From contig CAXXVL010000002.1 of assembly GCA_963667845.2 (NCBI GenBank), forward strand, positions 1,696,001 through 1,760,000: a stretch of 64,000 nucleotides of DNA, written 5' to 3'. Each line of letters starts with the position of its first letter. Position 1 is the first letter of the stretch. Made by a program: the position numbers and the translations under genes. This DNA is from Smithellaceae bacterium (GTDB lineage Bacteria > Desulfobacterota > Syntrophia > Syntrophales > Smithellaceae). Of this stretch, positions 19,015 through 29,122 are shown one piece after another. The notes under the pieces are model-generated. The model was not told where the DNA came from. It did not search any database and saw nothing but the letters and a program-made list of their open reading frames with translations.

Positions 19015-19689
19015 TTACCGGCGTTTCAGCACCACCAGCGCATCGACCACGACCGGCTTTTCGCCGGAAATGATAACCGGATTGATGTCGATTTCCGCAA
19101 TCTCATCATGCCGGCAGCCGATTTCTCCCAGCCCGATCAGCGCGGAAACCAGCGCCCGGCGGTCAACGGCAGGGCTCCCGCGAAACTCGTCCAGGAGCTT
19201 CGTCATTCTGATTTCATCAAGCATTTCCTCGGCGTCGCGGACGGTCAGGGGGGCCACCCGGAACGTCACGTCTTTGATGACTTCCGTGAAAATTCCGCCC
19301 GCGCCGAACATGACGCAGGGGCCGAACTGCGGGTCGCGGGTGAGGCCGAGAACAAACTCGCGGTCGCCTTTGATCATCTCCTGCACCAACACGCCGTCGA
19401 GGCCGGGTGCCGAGCCCACGATGTCATCGTAAGCTTTGGCAACGTCTTCGGCATTCGTCAGCTTGAGTTTGACGAGCCCCATTTCCGTTTTGTGGGAGGC
19501 CTTGTCCGAGCAGCCTTTGAGGACAACGGGGTAGCCGATCTCCAGGGCGAAGGCCAGCGCCTCTTCGCGCGACCGGGCGAGCCGTTCCCTGGTGACGGAG
19601 ATTCCGACGGATTGGATCACCTGCTTGGAGTCGTATTCCGAAAGCGCGCTCTGGCCGCGTTCCACAGCTCTTTTAATGATTTTTTCCAC
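19015..19689 (-). CDS. ADP-forming acyl-CoA synthetase beta subunit (ATP-grasp)
   Basis: GYPVVLK..HKTE.G, DPQFGP, EIDINP; GTG start with AAGGAG RBS. Confidence 0.9.
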   Translation of the reverse strand: MEKIIKRAVERGQSALSEYDSKQVIQSVGISVTRERLARSREEALAFALEIGYPVVLKGCSDKASHKTEMGLVKLKLTNAEDVAKAYDDIVGSAPGLDGVLVQEMIKGDREFVLGLTRDPQFGPCVMFGAGGIFTEVIKDVTFRVAPLTVRDAEEMLDEIRMTKLLDEFRGSPAVDRRALVSALIGLGEIGCRHDEIAEIDINPVIISGEKPVVVDALVVLKRR

Positions 19690-21079
19690 GATGATTCTCC
19701 TTCTTGTCGAGATAGCGAAATTGCTGGTGCGATACCACGAGCCCCCGCACCGCTTCTTCGAGTGTGCTAAACAGCGGGAGGTTTTTGTCGGCGCGCGCGG
19801 CCTGAACGCTCGCCATGGCATTGAAACTGAACAGCGCGGCAGGTTTGTGATGCCGCCGGCACAAGGTGATGAGTTCACTGAGGACATCCGCAACATAGTC
19901 TCGCCACATGCCCACGATATTCAGAAGTCCGTCCACATTCCGGTCGCCAAGCAGAATGTCGTAAATCTGCAGATATATCTGCGGGAGCGCGGGCCCGATG
20001 TCGACCGGGTTTCCGGCGTTGAAGACACCGGGAAGGCGGCCAAGCTTTTCGCGCGTCTCGGGCGAGAACTTAGCCATAACCAGATCGGTATCGGCAAGCA
20101 GATCGGCGCCGATCGTTCCGAATGCTCCGGAGTTCGTAAAGACGGCGATCCGCTTTCCCGCAAGGAGCGGCATTTCCGTGAACATTTTCGGCAGCGCATG
20201 CAGTTCTTCGGCCGATTGCAGACGAATGATCCCGGCCTGTTTGCAGGCGCCGTCGAAAACGGCGTCGTTGTTGGCCAGGCCTGCGGTGTGAGACACGCAG
20301 GCGGCGCTGCCCGCCTCGCTCCGGCCGGACTTATAAACCAGGATCGGTTTGGTGCTGCGTAACGCGGCCGCCATCAGCTTGTCGCCGCGTTCCACATTTT
20401 CCAGGTACAGGGCGATGACGCGGGTATTGTCCGCATTAAAGTAATCGATGAAATCGGATTCATCCACATCCGACTTGTTCCCGATGCATACCATCTTGTT
20501 GACGCCGGGCAGATCCTCCAGGATGCGTTCCGCCACCAGTCCGCCCACGCCGCCGCTTTGAATCACGTAGGACACTCCCCCCGGTTTCTCAACCGTTTTT
20601 TTCACGAGTTCATTGGCGCCGTAGAGGCAGCAAAATGCTTTATGGTTATCCAGGATTCCCAGGCAATTCGGGCCGATGATGCGTATCCCATGGATTCGGG
20701 CGGCGTCGCTAATCTCGTCCTGAAGCCTCTGCCCGCCGTTTCCCTGCTCCGAAAAGCCCGAGCTTTCGATAACGATATTGCGTATGCCTTTCTCGCCGCA
20801 ATCGCGGACAAATCCGGGGACCACGGCAGCCGGCGCAACGATGACGGCCAGATCCACATCGTCTGCGATGTCGGCAACCGACTTAAATCCCGGTGCCCCG
20901 TGCACGTCTTCTCCGCCCCGATTGACCGCGAAGACTTGCCCTGGAAAGGCGATGTCCTCTTTCAATGTCTTGCAGATCGTTGCCCCGAGATTGAAAGCCG
21001 CATTAGAGGCGCCGATGACTACTACTGCGGAAGGATTAAAGAATTTATCCATTTCCGCCATTTTTAACTGTGTGTTCAT
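19673..21079 (-). CDS. ADP-forming acyl-CoA synthetase alpha subunit
   Basis: IGAS, GPNCLG, QSG, SHTAGLA (phospho-His), NPVD. Confidence 0.92.
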   Translation of the reverse strand: MNTQLKMAEMDKFFNPSAVVVIGASNAAFNLGATICKTLKEDIAFPGQVFAVNRGGEDVHGAPGFKSVADIADDVDLAVIVAPAAVVPGFVRDCGEKGIRNIVIESSGFSEQGNGGQRLQDEISDAARIHGIRIIGPNCLGILDNHKAFCCLYGANELVKKTVEKPGGVSYVIQSGGVGGLVAERILEDLPGVNKMVCIGNKSDVDESDFIDYFNADNTRVIALYLENVERGDKLMAAALRSTKPILVYKSGRSEAGSAACVSHTAGLANNDAVFDGACKQAGIIRLQSAEELHALPKMFTEMPLLAGKRIAVFTNSGAFGTIGADLLADTDLVMAKFSPETREKLGRLPGVFNAGNPVDIGPALPQIYLQIYDILLGDRNVDGLLNIVGMWRDYVADVLSELITLCRRHHKPAALFSFNAMASVQAARADKNLPLFSTLEEAVRGLVVSHQQFRYLDKKENHRGKNH

Positions 21080-21097
21080 GAACGTAATCTCCTTTTC

Positions 21098-21139
21098 TGT
21101 AAACGATGTTTACATACAAGAACGTCGTTATCATGTCAA
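21098..21139 (-). promoter_or_regulatory. Sigma-70 promoter with overlapping palindromic operator (likely TetR site)
   Basis: TTGACA-N17-TATGTA on the minus strand; perfect palindrome TGTAAAC-GAT-GTTTACA at 21098-21114. Confidence 0.7.
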
Positions 21140-21156
21140 GACATTTCCGGGAATTT

Positions 21157-21780
21157 TTATTCGGTACGGGGAATCTGGGATTTTCTTAAAAGTCTTGCCA
21201 GGTTGTGGGCTATTCTCTGCCTGTGCAGCAGCACCTGCTGTATGTTCTTGTCGGGGTGGTTCCGGAAGGTGGCAACAATGCCGGTCAGCGTAGCAAAGAG
21301 TGTATGGGACTGATGGCGGACGTTGCCATCCACATTCATCTTCTCGAAGATGATGTCGAAGTGGCCGAGGATTTCTCTTTCAATCACGGTGAGTTTTTCA
21401 AAAAGCGTCGGGTCAACCGATCCGCCGAGAAAGAAGTTCATCATCATCTGAAAATATTGATCGTTCAGCGTAAAATATTCGATAAAATCCGCAACGACCT
21501 GTTCAATGGCGCCGTCGGGGGACTCATCGATCGTGACAAATATTTTTTCGAATATTCGGCCGATGCCTCTCATGAACGCTTCGGCAAACAGCGACTGCTG
21601 ATCGGGGAAGTGCCGGTAGATGAGCGCGGGCGATACACCGGCACGTTTTGCGATGTCCCGCATCGTCACTTTCGGAAAAGGCTTGATGGTAAATTCCTTT
21701 TCCGCGGCATCGATGATGATGGCGCGCCTTGCCATTTTTTCTTTTTCTTTCAGTTCCGAAAGGACACTTTTCGTTTTCAT
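21157..21780 (-). CDS. TetR/AcrR family regulator
   Basis: TMRDIAKRAGVSPALIYRHF HTH. Confidence 0.93.
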   Translation of the reverse strand: MKTKSVLSELKEKEKMARRAIIIDAAEKEFTIKPFPKVTMRDIAKRAGVSPALIYRHFPDQQSLFAEAFMRGIGRIFEKIFVTIDESPDGAIEQVVADFIEYFTLNDQYFQMMMNFFLGGSVDPTLFEKLTVIEREILGHFDIIFEKMNVDGNVRHQSHTLFATLTGIVATFRNHPDKNIQQVLLHRQRIAHNLARLLRKSQIPRTE

Positions 21781-21939
21781 GCACCCCTGCTCGATTGCGA
21801 AGATTTTTCTTTTGCGATTACAATGGACCTTGAACGGTTATGAAATAGCATCGATGGGACGGCGTGTCAAACGCGCTCTCGACCTCCGACCCATCCTAAA
21901 GTGAGACCTGGGAAGCGCGAACCCGGGCGCATGCCCGCG

Positions 21940-23070
21940 TCAGACGACGGCCTCATTGATTTGGGGCTCACAATAAACAACCCGGTTCCTTCCCTGCTGC
22001 TTGGACAGATAAAGCGCCTTATCAGCCCAGGCGATAATGGAATCCGGACGGAAATTGAAATCGGGAACGCAGACGGAGACCCCCGCGCTGATCGTGGCCC
22101 CGATCTCGTGGCCCTGATAATCGATAGTCATGGAGCCAATCCTCAAAACGGCGTCGCGGGCGAGCTTAACGGCCCGCTCCGCATCCGCGTCGGGTAAAAG
22201 GACGATGAATTCCTCTCCGCCGTAGCGGGCGACAATGTCGGTATCCCGTTTGAAGACGGACGTCAGTCTCTTGGCCAGTTCCTTCAGGTAAGCATCGCCC
22301 GCCGGATGACCGAAAGTGTCATTGATTCGCTTAAAATCATCGATATCCAGAAGGATGATGCCGATCGTGCTGTCGATGCGCCCCGAACGCTTCCATTCCT
22401 TTTCCAGGGCTTCATCAAAATACCGCCTGTTAAAAAGCCCGGTCAGAACATCTGTATTGCTGAGCCTTGTGAGCTCCCGGGATTTTATCTCCAGAAGATA
22501 TTCATTCTCCAGAGCTTCCCAGTATTCCTCATTGCCGCGGGCCGCGATGAGCACCATGTAAACAGCAAATGAAAAAATCATCAAAGCGAGCGACAGACTT
22601 GATCCTTTGATGAGCATGACGATAACAGCCGGCAACAGCATCGCAAAATCATAGATAACGGCCAGCCTGAGATAGGGAACAAAGGCGACCACGCCGCCCG
22701 CACATAAGCCGGCTACGCATACCGTCATAACTAGCTGGGTGCTTGATTCGTCTTGTTGAAGCATGACCATTGCCAGCGTCACCCCCCATATGAGGGCGGA
22801 CAGGATGACACTGCCGAGGAAGATGCCGCTGCTCAGCGCTGTGTAACGTTCAGGAATTTTGGGGGAAATGATCAAATGAGCCAGACGAAAGAGGCACACG
22901 CCGACAAGTGTGATGAGAAAAATCAGGGTGAGCGTGGCATGCCTGTCATAGAAATTATCGGCAAAAACAACAACAAAGGACAAAAGGATATAGAAAATGA
23001 GACCGAATGACGATCGCTTTTTCAGATCGCTGATGACCCTCTTATTCGTGCTCTGACGTTCAAAAGTCAT
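21940..23070 (-). CDS. Membrane-bound diguanylate cyclase
   Basis: N-terminal TM helices; DIDDFK..ND..GH, RYGGEEF. Confidence 0.93.
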   Translation of the reverse strand: MTFERQSTNKRVISDLKKRSSFGLIFYILLSFVVVFADNFYDRHATLTLIFLITLVGVCLFRLAHLIISPKIPERYTALSSGIFLGSVILSALIWGVTLAMVMLQQDESSTQLVMTVCVAGLCAGGVVAFVPYLRLAVIYDFAMLLPAVIVMLIKGSSLSLALMIFSFAVYMVLIAARGNEEYWEALENEYLLEIKSRELTRLSNTDVLTGLFNRRYFDEALEKEWKRSGRIDSTIGIILLDIDDFKRINDTFGHPAGDAYLKELAKRLTSVFKRDTDIVARYGGEEFIVLLPDADAERAVKLARDAVLRIGSMTIDYQGHEIGATISAGVSVCVPDFNFRPDSIIAWADKALYLSKQQGRNRVVYCEPQINEAVV

Positions 23071-23271
23071 GATGATCGTGCCTGGCCCTGCTCACTTCGT
23101 GGATTTTGCCGCCTCTCTGTGGTTCCGGATTCGGGTATTCCCGATCCGCTGCGAGTCGCCGGCGCGATGCTGATTCCATCCCGGCTTCATTAGCGCCTAA
23201 AAAACGGATTTGTCAACCCCTGATCGCTTGGCGGTTAATTTTCATCCCGCCGTAAAATAGCCCGGTATTTT

Positions 23272-23370
23272 AACCGCGCTCACGCGCGACGAGCGTCAGT
23301 TCTCCACAGCTTGCTGCGATATCGCGTCGTTCATTTCATACCTCGACAGCTTGCTGCAAGCTGGTTGATT
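23272..23370 (+). repeat. Dispersed ~99 bp element, copy 5
   Basis: Alignment to other copies. Confidence 0.88.
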
Positions 23371-23519
23371 TGTGTTGACACGTTCCTCCTTTTGCTTTTA
23401 TAGTTTTTGAACCGGGGATGGCTGCCGTTTCATCGTGAAGACGGAGCACAGCGTTCGTGCGAAATCCATCCGGCCGGTGCATCAGATACCGGCCAACAGA
23501 CAAGACAGGAGGAATCAGC

Positions 23520-23921
23520 ATGTCCGATCTACTCGCGTATTTGGGCCCGTCCTGGCGCGATGAAGCACTCAAAAGGCTCCAGACCGAGCTTCCGCCGGAA
23601 AAGATGAACAACGTCACGACATCCATGTCTAATATCTACAAGAATTGCCCCGGCGGAGACGAAAAATTCCTGTTCGTCGAATGCCGGGAAGGCAAAGTGA
23701 CCCGCGTGGAAACCGGAAGCGGAGAACCGCCCCAGGCGGAGTTTCGCATCATCGGCGACTATGAAACGTTTGCCAGAATCTCCCGCGCCGAACTGGGCTC
23801 GCAAAAGGCGCTTATGACCGGGAAGCTTAAACTCAAGGGCAATCTGGCCCGCGCGCTCAAACTGGCCGCGGTGGCCGATCGGCTGAACAAGGTGTTGTCG
23901 CGGATTCCAACCCAATATTAA
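23520..23921 (+). CDS. SCP2 sterol/lipid-binding domain protein
   Basis: AGGAGG RBS; ALMTGKLKLKGNL. Confidence 0.88.
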   Translation: MSDLLAYLGPSWRDEALKRLQTELPPEKMNNVTTSMSNIYKNCPGGDEKFLFVECREGKVTRVETGSGEPPQAEFRIIGDYETFARISRAELGSQKALMTGKLKLKGNLARALKLAAVADRLNKVLSRIPTQY

Positions 23922-23933
23922 AGGAGATAAATT

Positions 23934-25157
23934 ATGACCAGGATATTAGATCCCGGCGACAAATATTATATCGACAATCCCGGGCGTGTAGAGGCCATCC
24001 AGAAAGAAATGAGAAAACGCGGCATCGACGTGTATCTCGGTTCGCGCATCCGCACCATGAGTTTCGTGATGGACACTTTCTGTCCCTGGCGAAGCTATTT
24101 GATCATTCCGCGGGAAGGGCAGCCTGCTTATTTCACATTTGTGGTGGACGCGCTGCGCGTGGCCGACGAAACCTGGCTCGACTCCGACCATGTCCGGGCC
24201 TACGGGCCGATGGGCGGTATGGATCAGGTTTCCGCGATCACCGATTACATCAAGGATGAACTCGGCATCCAAAAGGGGCGCCTGGGCTACGAGGACGGGA
24301 TTTCCACGTACACGGCCGAAGGGAACCTGTCGCACTGGGAATACACGCACTTTAAGGATGCGCTTCCCGGTTTTGAATGGGTCAACGCGCACGACATTGT
24401 TGATGCCCTTTCGCTCATCAAGGACCGGGGCACTATCGAACGCTTCCGCACCGCCTCGCTGATTGTCGATGAAGGCCACAAGGCCGCGCGGGCCGCGCTC
24501 ACAAACGGCGGCTATAAAGGTATGACGGAAACGGTCATCGCCGGGATTGCGGCGCTCGCCATGCGCAGAGCGGGGAGCGTGTCGGAGTGGAACTTTGCGG
24601 GCCTCAACGAAATATCAAGCGGCGTCCGCACGGGACTGGGCGCCTGCACGCCGCCCACCACCAAAGAGATCATGGCGGGCGAACCGCTCATGCTGGATTT
24701 TCATGCGATGTTCAAACTGGCGCTCGGCGACCATTCTCACAATTATCTGATCGGGCCGGCCACCAAACGGCAGCGCTGGCATGCGGATAATTTTGTCGCG
24801 ATTATTCAGAAAGTGATTGATCACTACCGTGCGGGAACAACCCCCGGGACGCTCGCCGCCCTGATGATGGATTTTGCGGAATCGCGCGGTTGCGGCGACT
24901 TCATCCAGCCGGCCTGCGAACACGGCATCGGTCTTTTCGGCGATGAGTGGCGCATCGGCGCCGTCGTCAATCCGGATCTTCCCTACTGGACGGATCAGGA
25001 TCACGTCTATCAGGAAAATGAAATGGTCGTCTGCGCGATGCAGTATGCCGCCCCGGAGGAGCATATCGGCTTCCGCTATGAAAATGATATCGTGATTACC
25101 AAAGACGGCTGCGAGGTCCTGTCGAAATATCCGCTGGGGATTGAAGAAATTTCCTAG
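23934..25157 (+). CDS. M24 (Xaa-Pro peptidase/creatinase fold) protein
   Basis: Creatinase-type N-terminus, HGIGL, GFRYEND.VIT.DG. Confidence 0.85.
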   Translation: MTRILDPGDKYYIDNPGRVEAIQKEMRKRGIDVYLGSRIRTMSFVMDTFCPWRSYLIIPREGQPAYFTFVVDALRVADETWLDSDHVRAYGPMGGMDQVSAITDYIKDELGIQKGRLGYEDGISTYTAEGNLSHWEYTHFKDALPGFEWVNAHDIVDALSLIKDRGTIERFRTASLIVDEGHKAARAALTNGGYKGMTETVIAGIAALAMRRAGSVSEWNFAGLNEISSGVRTGLGACTPPTTKEIMAGEPLMLDFHAMFKLALGDHSHNYLIGPATKRQRWHADNFVAIIQKVIDHYRAGTTPGTLAALMMDFAESRGCGDFIQPACEHGIGLFGDEWRIGAVVNPDLPYWTDQDHVYQENEMVVCAMQYAAPEEHIGFRYENDIVITKDGCEVLSKYPLGIEEIS

Positions 25158-25163
25158 AAGGCC

Positions 25164-26093
25164 GTGAATGGGTTATTGAGAATGCATCTTCCCTGGCCGC
25201 TGGATTTGGCGCGGTTTTTCTGGCAGCGAAAAGTCATGGGCCGCAGGGTTCCGCTGCTGGCAAGCTTCAAGGTTACATACCGCTGCAACCTGACCTGCCT
25301 GGCCTGCCCGTTTCACTTGCGCTCATCTCATGAAAGCGGGCATATCAGCTGGTCCGCCGCCGTCGGAGCGCTGGACATTCTGCGGCGCCTAGGCACGCGC
25401 CTGGTGGTCTTTGAAGGCGGAGAGCCGCTCCTGTGGCGCGACGGCGCATACCGTCTTCATGACCTGGTCCTTTACGCCCGCCGGCACTTCCTTCGTGTGG
25501 CCGTGACCACCAACGGAACGCTGCCCCTGGATGTTCCCGCAAACACGCTCTGGGTGAGCCTCGATGGCTTGAAGGAAACGCAGGACGCTCTCAGAAGCAA
25601 CTCCTTTGACCGGGTTTGGGCCAATCTCCGCGAAACAAAACATCCCCGTGTGTTTGTCCACTGCACGCTCAATCGCCGCAACTGGCGCGATCTGGAAACG
25701 CTTGCGGCTTGGGTCCGGGACGTCCCGGCCGTGCAGGGTATGACCGTTCAGTTCTTTTATCCCTACCATCAGGGAGAGGACGATCTCGCGCTGGATCCCG
25801 ATGACCGCCTCGCGGCAATCGATAAATTACTGAAACTCAAAAAAAGAGGGCTCCCCATTTTGAACTCGCAGGCCCGAATCCGGGCGATGGCCGATAACCG
25901 CTGGCGCTGCCACGATGATCTTCTCATCAACGTCGACCCGGACGGCACCATCACCAGGGGCTGTTATGTCAAAAGCCGCGGTACGATCAACTGTGACGCC
26001 TGCGGATTTACGCCCGTCGCTGAAGCTTCCGGCGCGCTGGATTTCATTCCCGGATCGCTCGTGGCCGGATGGAATTTGTTTTTGAAATCGTAA
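25164..26093 (+). CDS. Radical SAM protein
   Basis: CNLTCLAC, GGEP, TTNG, VSLDG, Cys-rich C-terminus. Confidence 0.92.
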   Translation: MNGLLRMHLPWPLDLARFFWQRKVMGRRVPLLASFKVTYRCNLTCLACPFHLRSSHESGHISWSAAVGALDILRRLGTRLVVFEGGEPLLWRDGAYRLHDLVLYARRHFLRVAVTTNGTLPLDVPANTLWVSLDGLKETQDALRSNSFDRVWANLRETKHPRVFVHCTLNRRNWRDLETLAAWVRDVPAVQGMTVQFFYPYHQGEDDLALDPDDRLAAIDKLLKLKKRGLPILNSQARIRAMADNRWRCHDDLLINVDPDGTITRGCYVKSRGTINCDACGFTPVAEASGALDFIPGSLVAGWNLFLKS

Positions 26094-26329
26094 GGGCGTC
26101 TCGTACAGCGGATCATTGATCGTGTCGTGCTCAAACAGCATGGGCTGAGCCCCCGACGAAGACCGATCACAGGTGGCCCTTGAGCGGCAAGGGCCGGAAA
26201 GATTTCTCCGGATTTCCTTCCGGGATTAAAAAGATGCCTCCGGCTCGTATCGCGGAGTTGACTCAAATGGCCATTTGCTATAGTGTAACATGTGAATGAG
26301 TCGGAAGAAAAACTAAAGAAACGCGGACG

Positions 26330-27421
26330 GTGAATGATATGAAGAGAACAGGAATATCGTTATTGATCGCCGTTTCTTTATGCCTGGCCGTATTCAACGC
26401 TTTTTCGGATGATCGATCGCTGACCATAAAAAGCAGAAGTCAGCGTCTGGCGCTGGTGATCGGCAACAGCCATTACGGTTCCGGCCCTCTTAAGAATCCC
26501 GTGAATGATGCCCGCGACATATCCGCTGCGCTCACGAAGCTGGGGTTTGAAGTCATCTACGAGGAAGACGCGACGCGCCGGAAAATGGATGAGGCCGTCC
26601 GGGCGTTTTATTCGAAGCTTCGCCAGAGCGAAACGGGCCTTTTTTATTACGCGGGCCACGGCATGCAGGTGAAGGGAAGAAATTATTTAATCCCCGTGGA
26701 TGCCCGCATTGAAACGGAATCCGATGTTGAGCATGAATCGATCGACATCGGCCGCGTTCTGGGCAAGATGGAGGACGCGGGCAATCCCGTTAATATCGTT
26801 ATTCTGGATGCCTGCCGCGATAATCCGTTTGCCAGAAGTGCACGGTCGTCCGGAGCCGGTCTCGCCCGGATGGATGCGCCGGTGGGATCGATTGTCGCCT
26901 ATGCGACATCTCCCGAATCCGTGGCCTCGGACGGGACGGGAAAAAACGGCGTCTATACCAAACATCTCCTGAAGCAAATCATGGTCCCCGGACTGACCAT
27001 TGAACAAGTCTTTAAAGGCGTGCGCAACGGCGTTATTGACGAAACCAACAACAAGCAGGTTCCCTGGGAGTCGACATCGCTCCGCGGGGATTTTTATTTC
27101 AGCGGTCCTTCTGCGGCGACCACAACGGACCCCTGTCTGGTCAAATGCGGTCCGAATACGCTGCCGCTGGAAGAAGTCATGCGGCTGTCGCAGGGGCACC
27201 TGGTCCTCTATAATCAAATGAAAAAGGACGGGAAGCAGCATCGTTCCGAATTCATCGAGACTCTGAAGAGAATTATCTGCGACTTCAAAAATATTGAAGA
27301 CGCACTGCAGGCGAACTATGAGGCAACGCGTGATGAAGATGTCAGAAAAACGCGAAGAAACATGGTTCTAACGAGAGACAAATATCAGGAAGAGCTGTGT
27401 GAACGGCTGACAAAGAAATAA
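26330..27421 (+). CDS. Exported caspase-like (peptidase C14) protein
   Basis: Signal peptide; ALVIGNS.Y, YAGHG and LDACR catalytic dyad. Confidence 0.92.
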   Translation: MNDMKRTGISLLIAVSLCLAVFNAFSDDRSLTIKSRSQRLALVIGNSHYGSGPLKNPVNDARDISAALTKLGFEVIYEEDATRRKMDEAVRAFYSKLRQSETGLFYYAGHGMQVKGRNYLIPVDARIETESDVEHESIDIGRVLGKMEDAGNPVNIVILDACRDNPFARSARSSGAGLARMDAPVGSIVAYATSPESVASDGTGKNGVYTKHLLKQIMVPGLTIEQVFKGVRNGVIDETNNKQVPWESTSLRGDFYFSGPSAATTTDPCLVKCGPNTLPLEEVMRLSQGHLVLYNQMKKDGKQHRSEFIETLKRIICDFKNIEDALQANYEATRDEDVRKTRRNMVLTRDKYQEELCERLTKK

Positions 27422-27448
27422 GCCGGAGATTCTCAGGAGGGAGGGGAC

Positions 27449-28417
27449 ATGTCAAGAAACAAAGCAAGCATCGCATTGTCGTTCATTGTGCCGCTATTGA
27501 TTCTGGTCATGGGCTGCGGTGCGCAGCTTCAACAGGCGAGGACTACTCTTGATGAAGCTAAAGAGTACCAGGAAGCCATCAAACGAACGGGGATGACGGA
27601 AAGCATTTCTCCCGATGTGTCCACCGCAGCCAAACACTATACGGACGGCGAACAGAGCTTCGCGAATCGCGATTACAGAAACGCAATCTATTACGGACAG
27701 GAAAGTATCACCGCCGCTAAGCGCGTTCTTCTTCAGGGCATTACCCGCACGGTAACCGTGATGAAAGAAGAGATCGGCAGGAAGGTGGAAGAAAATCCGG
27801 CAACGCCATTGAAGAAATTAATTCCCAAGCTGGATGAAATATTACAGTACGCCAACCGGGTCCAGGGGGATAATCAGGAACTGGAAAGCATGTCGCTGGT
27901 TAAGGCGGCCAGCATCACCAGTGATTTACGGGTTTACGAATCCGATATCAAGAGCAGTCAGCAGGAAAAATTACAATCCGACATTTCCTTTGCCCTGGGC
28001 AAATCCGAACTCGCGGACGAAGGAAAAGTCGCGCTTGATAAATTTGCCGACAAGATCGTCGCCATTATCGAAAACAACCTGAAACTCTTCCCGGGTAAGA
28101 AGATTATGCTGCAAATTGATGTTTACGGATATACGGATTCATCGGGGTTTTTGCGGGACGGCGGAAATCGGCAGAAGCGGCTTTTGCTCAATCAGAAACT
28201 CTCTGAATTAAGAGCCAAAAGCGTCAGCAACCATCTGGATCATTCCCTCTCTGTCCGGATAAAGCCCTACCTGCAGCATGTATCCCTTCAGCCGGGAAAA
28301 ATCATCGGGAAAGGTGAAGAACTGCCGGCGGGGGTTCAGGCGTCAAATCTGGTTAACGATCCCCACAGGCGTATCTGCCAGATATTCAGCACGGCCTTCC
28401 ACGATATCAGTCAGTAG
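27449..28417 (+). CDS. OmpA-like domain lipoprotein
   Basis: Lipobox VMGC; GYTDSSG, NQKLSELRAKSV. Confidence 0.82.
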   Translation: MSRNKASIALSFIVPLLILVMGCGAQLQQARTTLDEAKEYQEAIKRTGMTESISPDVSTAAKHYTDGEQSFANRDYRNAIYYGQESITAAKRVLLQGITRTVTVMKEEIGRKVEENPATPLKKLIPKLDEILQYANRVQGDNQELESMSLVKAASITSDLRVYESDIKSSQQEKLQSDISFALGKSELADEGKVALDKFADKIVAIIENNLKLFPGKKIMLQIDVYGYTDSSGFLRDGGNRQKRLLLNQKLSELRAKSVSNHLDHSLSVRIKPYLQHVSLQPGKIIGKGEELPAGVQASNLVNDPHRRICQIFSTAFHDISQ

Positions 28418-28504
28418 TGCGCAGGCAACGATACGGGTGCCTGCCCGGATATCCCCGACGTTTGGTCTTTACGGAAGTTGAGGGCGGAGCCAGGAAGCCG
28501 GCGC

Positions 28505-28966
28505 TTAATTTTTGCCGGAAAATTTCTTCCAGTTCTCATCGGCTTTCCTGATGTTGCCGGGGATATCCCGGCTCCATTTTTCAAACGCCTGGCGGCTGCA
28601 ATTGAGGTAGAGCTTCCCATCTACGATCTTCCAGATCTCCGGATCGGTGTGAGCCTTGCGGGCATCTGTCATCGCCCAGGCGCAATACCCGTCATATTGC
28701 GGCGCGTATTTTTCGGGGCTTCCGGCAAACAGATCCCGGTTCTCTGGGGTTATGAATTGCCAGGTCATGCCATGCCAGGTATAATTAAACGACGCGCTGC
28801 CTTGCAACGCCTTGCCTTCCGTGAAATAGGCGACGGCGTCGTATCCCTTGATCGCCGGCGCATCCATCTGCGCCATTCCCGAAGCCGTTTGGCCGGTTCC
28901 CGTAAGTGCCATCAGTACAAATGAAAAACTCATGAGAAGGCCCCTTGTTCCTTTCCGTAAGTTCAT
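28505..28966 (-). CDS. YHS domain protein (Cys form)
   Basis: GYDAVAYF, PEKYAPQYDGYCAWA, WKIVDGKLYLN. Confidence 0.9.
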   Translation of the reverse strand: MNLRKGTRGLLMSFSFVLMALTGTGQTASGMAQMDAPAIKGYDAVAYFTEGKALQGSASFNYTWHGMTWQFITPENRDLFAGSPEKYAPQYDGYCAWAMTDARKAHTDPEIWKIVDGKLYLNCSRQAFEKWSRDIPGNIRKADENWKKFSGKN

Positions 28967-29122
28967 GGTCCAAACCTCCAAAGTTTCCGTTGTCATCCGT
29001 ATTAAAAATATAATCCTGGAGAAGTGAAAGGCAAGCCCCTGAGGGGACAGTAAATGACAGTCGCCTGCCGTCGTTGAAAGTGTCTCTTAGAAAGACAGGC
29101 AACTGCCGGCTGCTAAGCCCGG

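Noticed and set aside
28505..28966. YHS protein as a third selenoprotein
   Set aside because: The relevant GYCAW codon is TGC (Cys)
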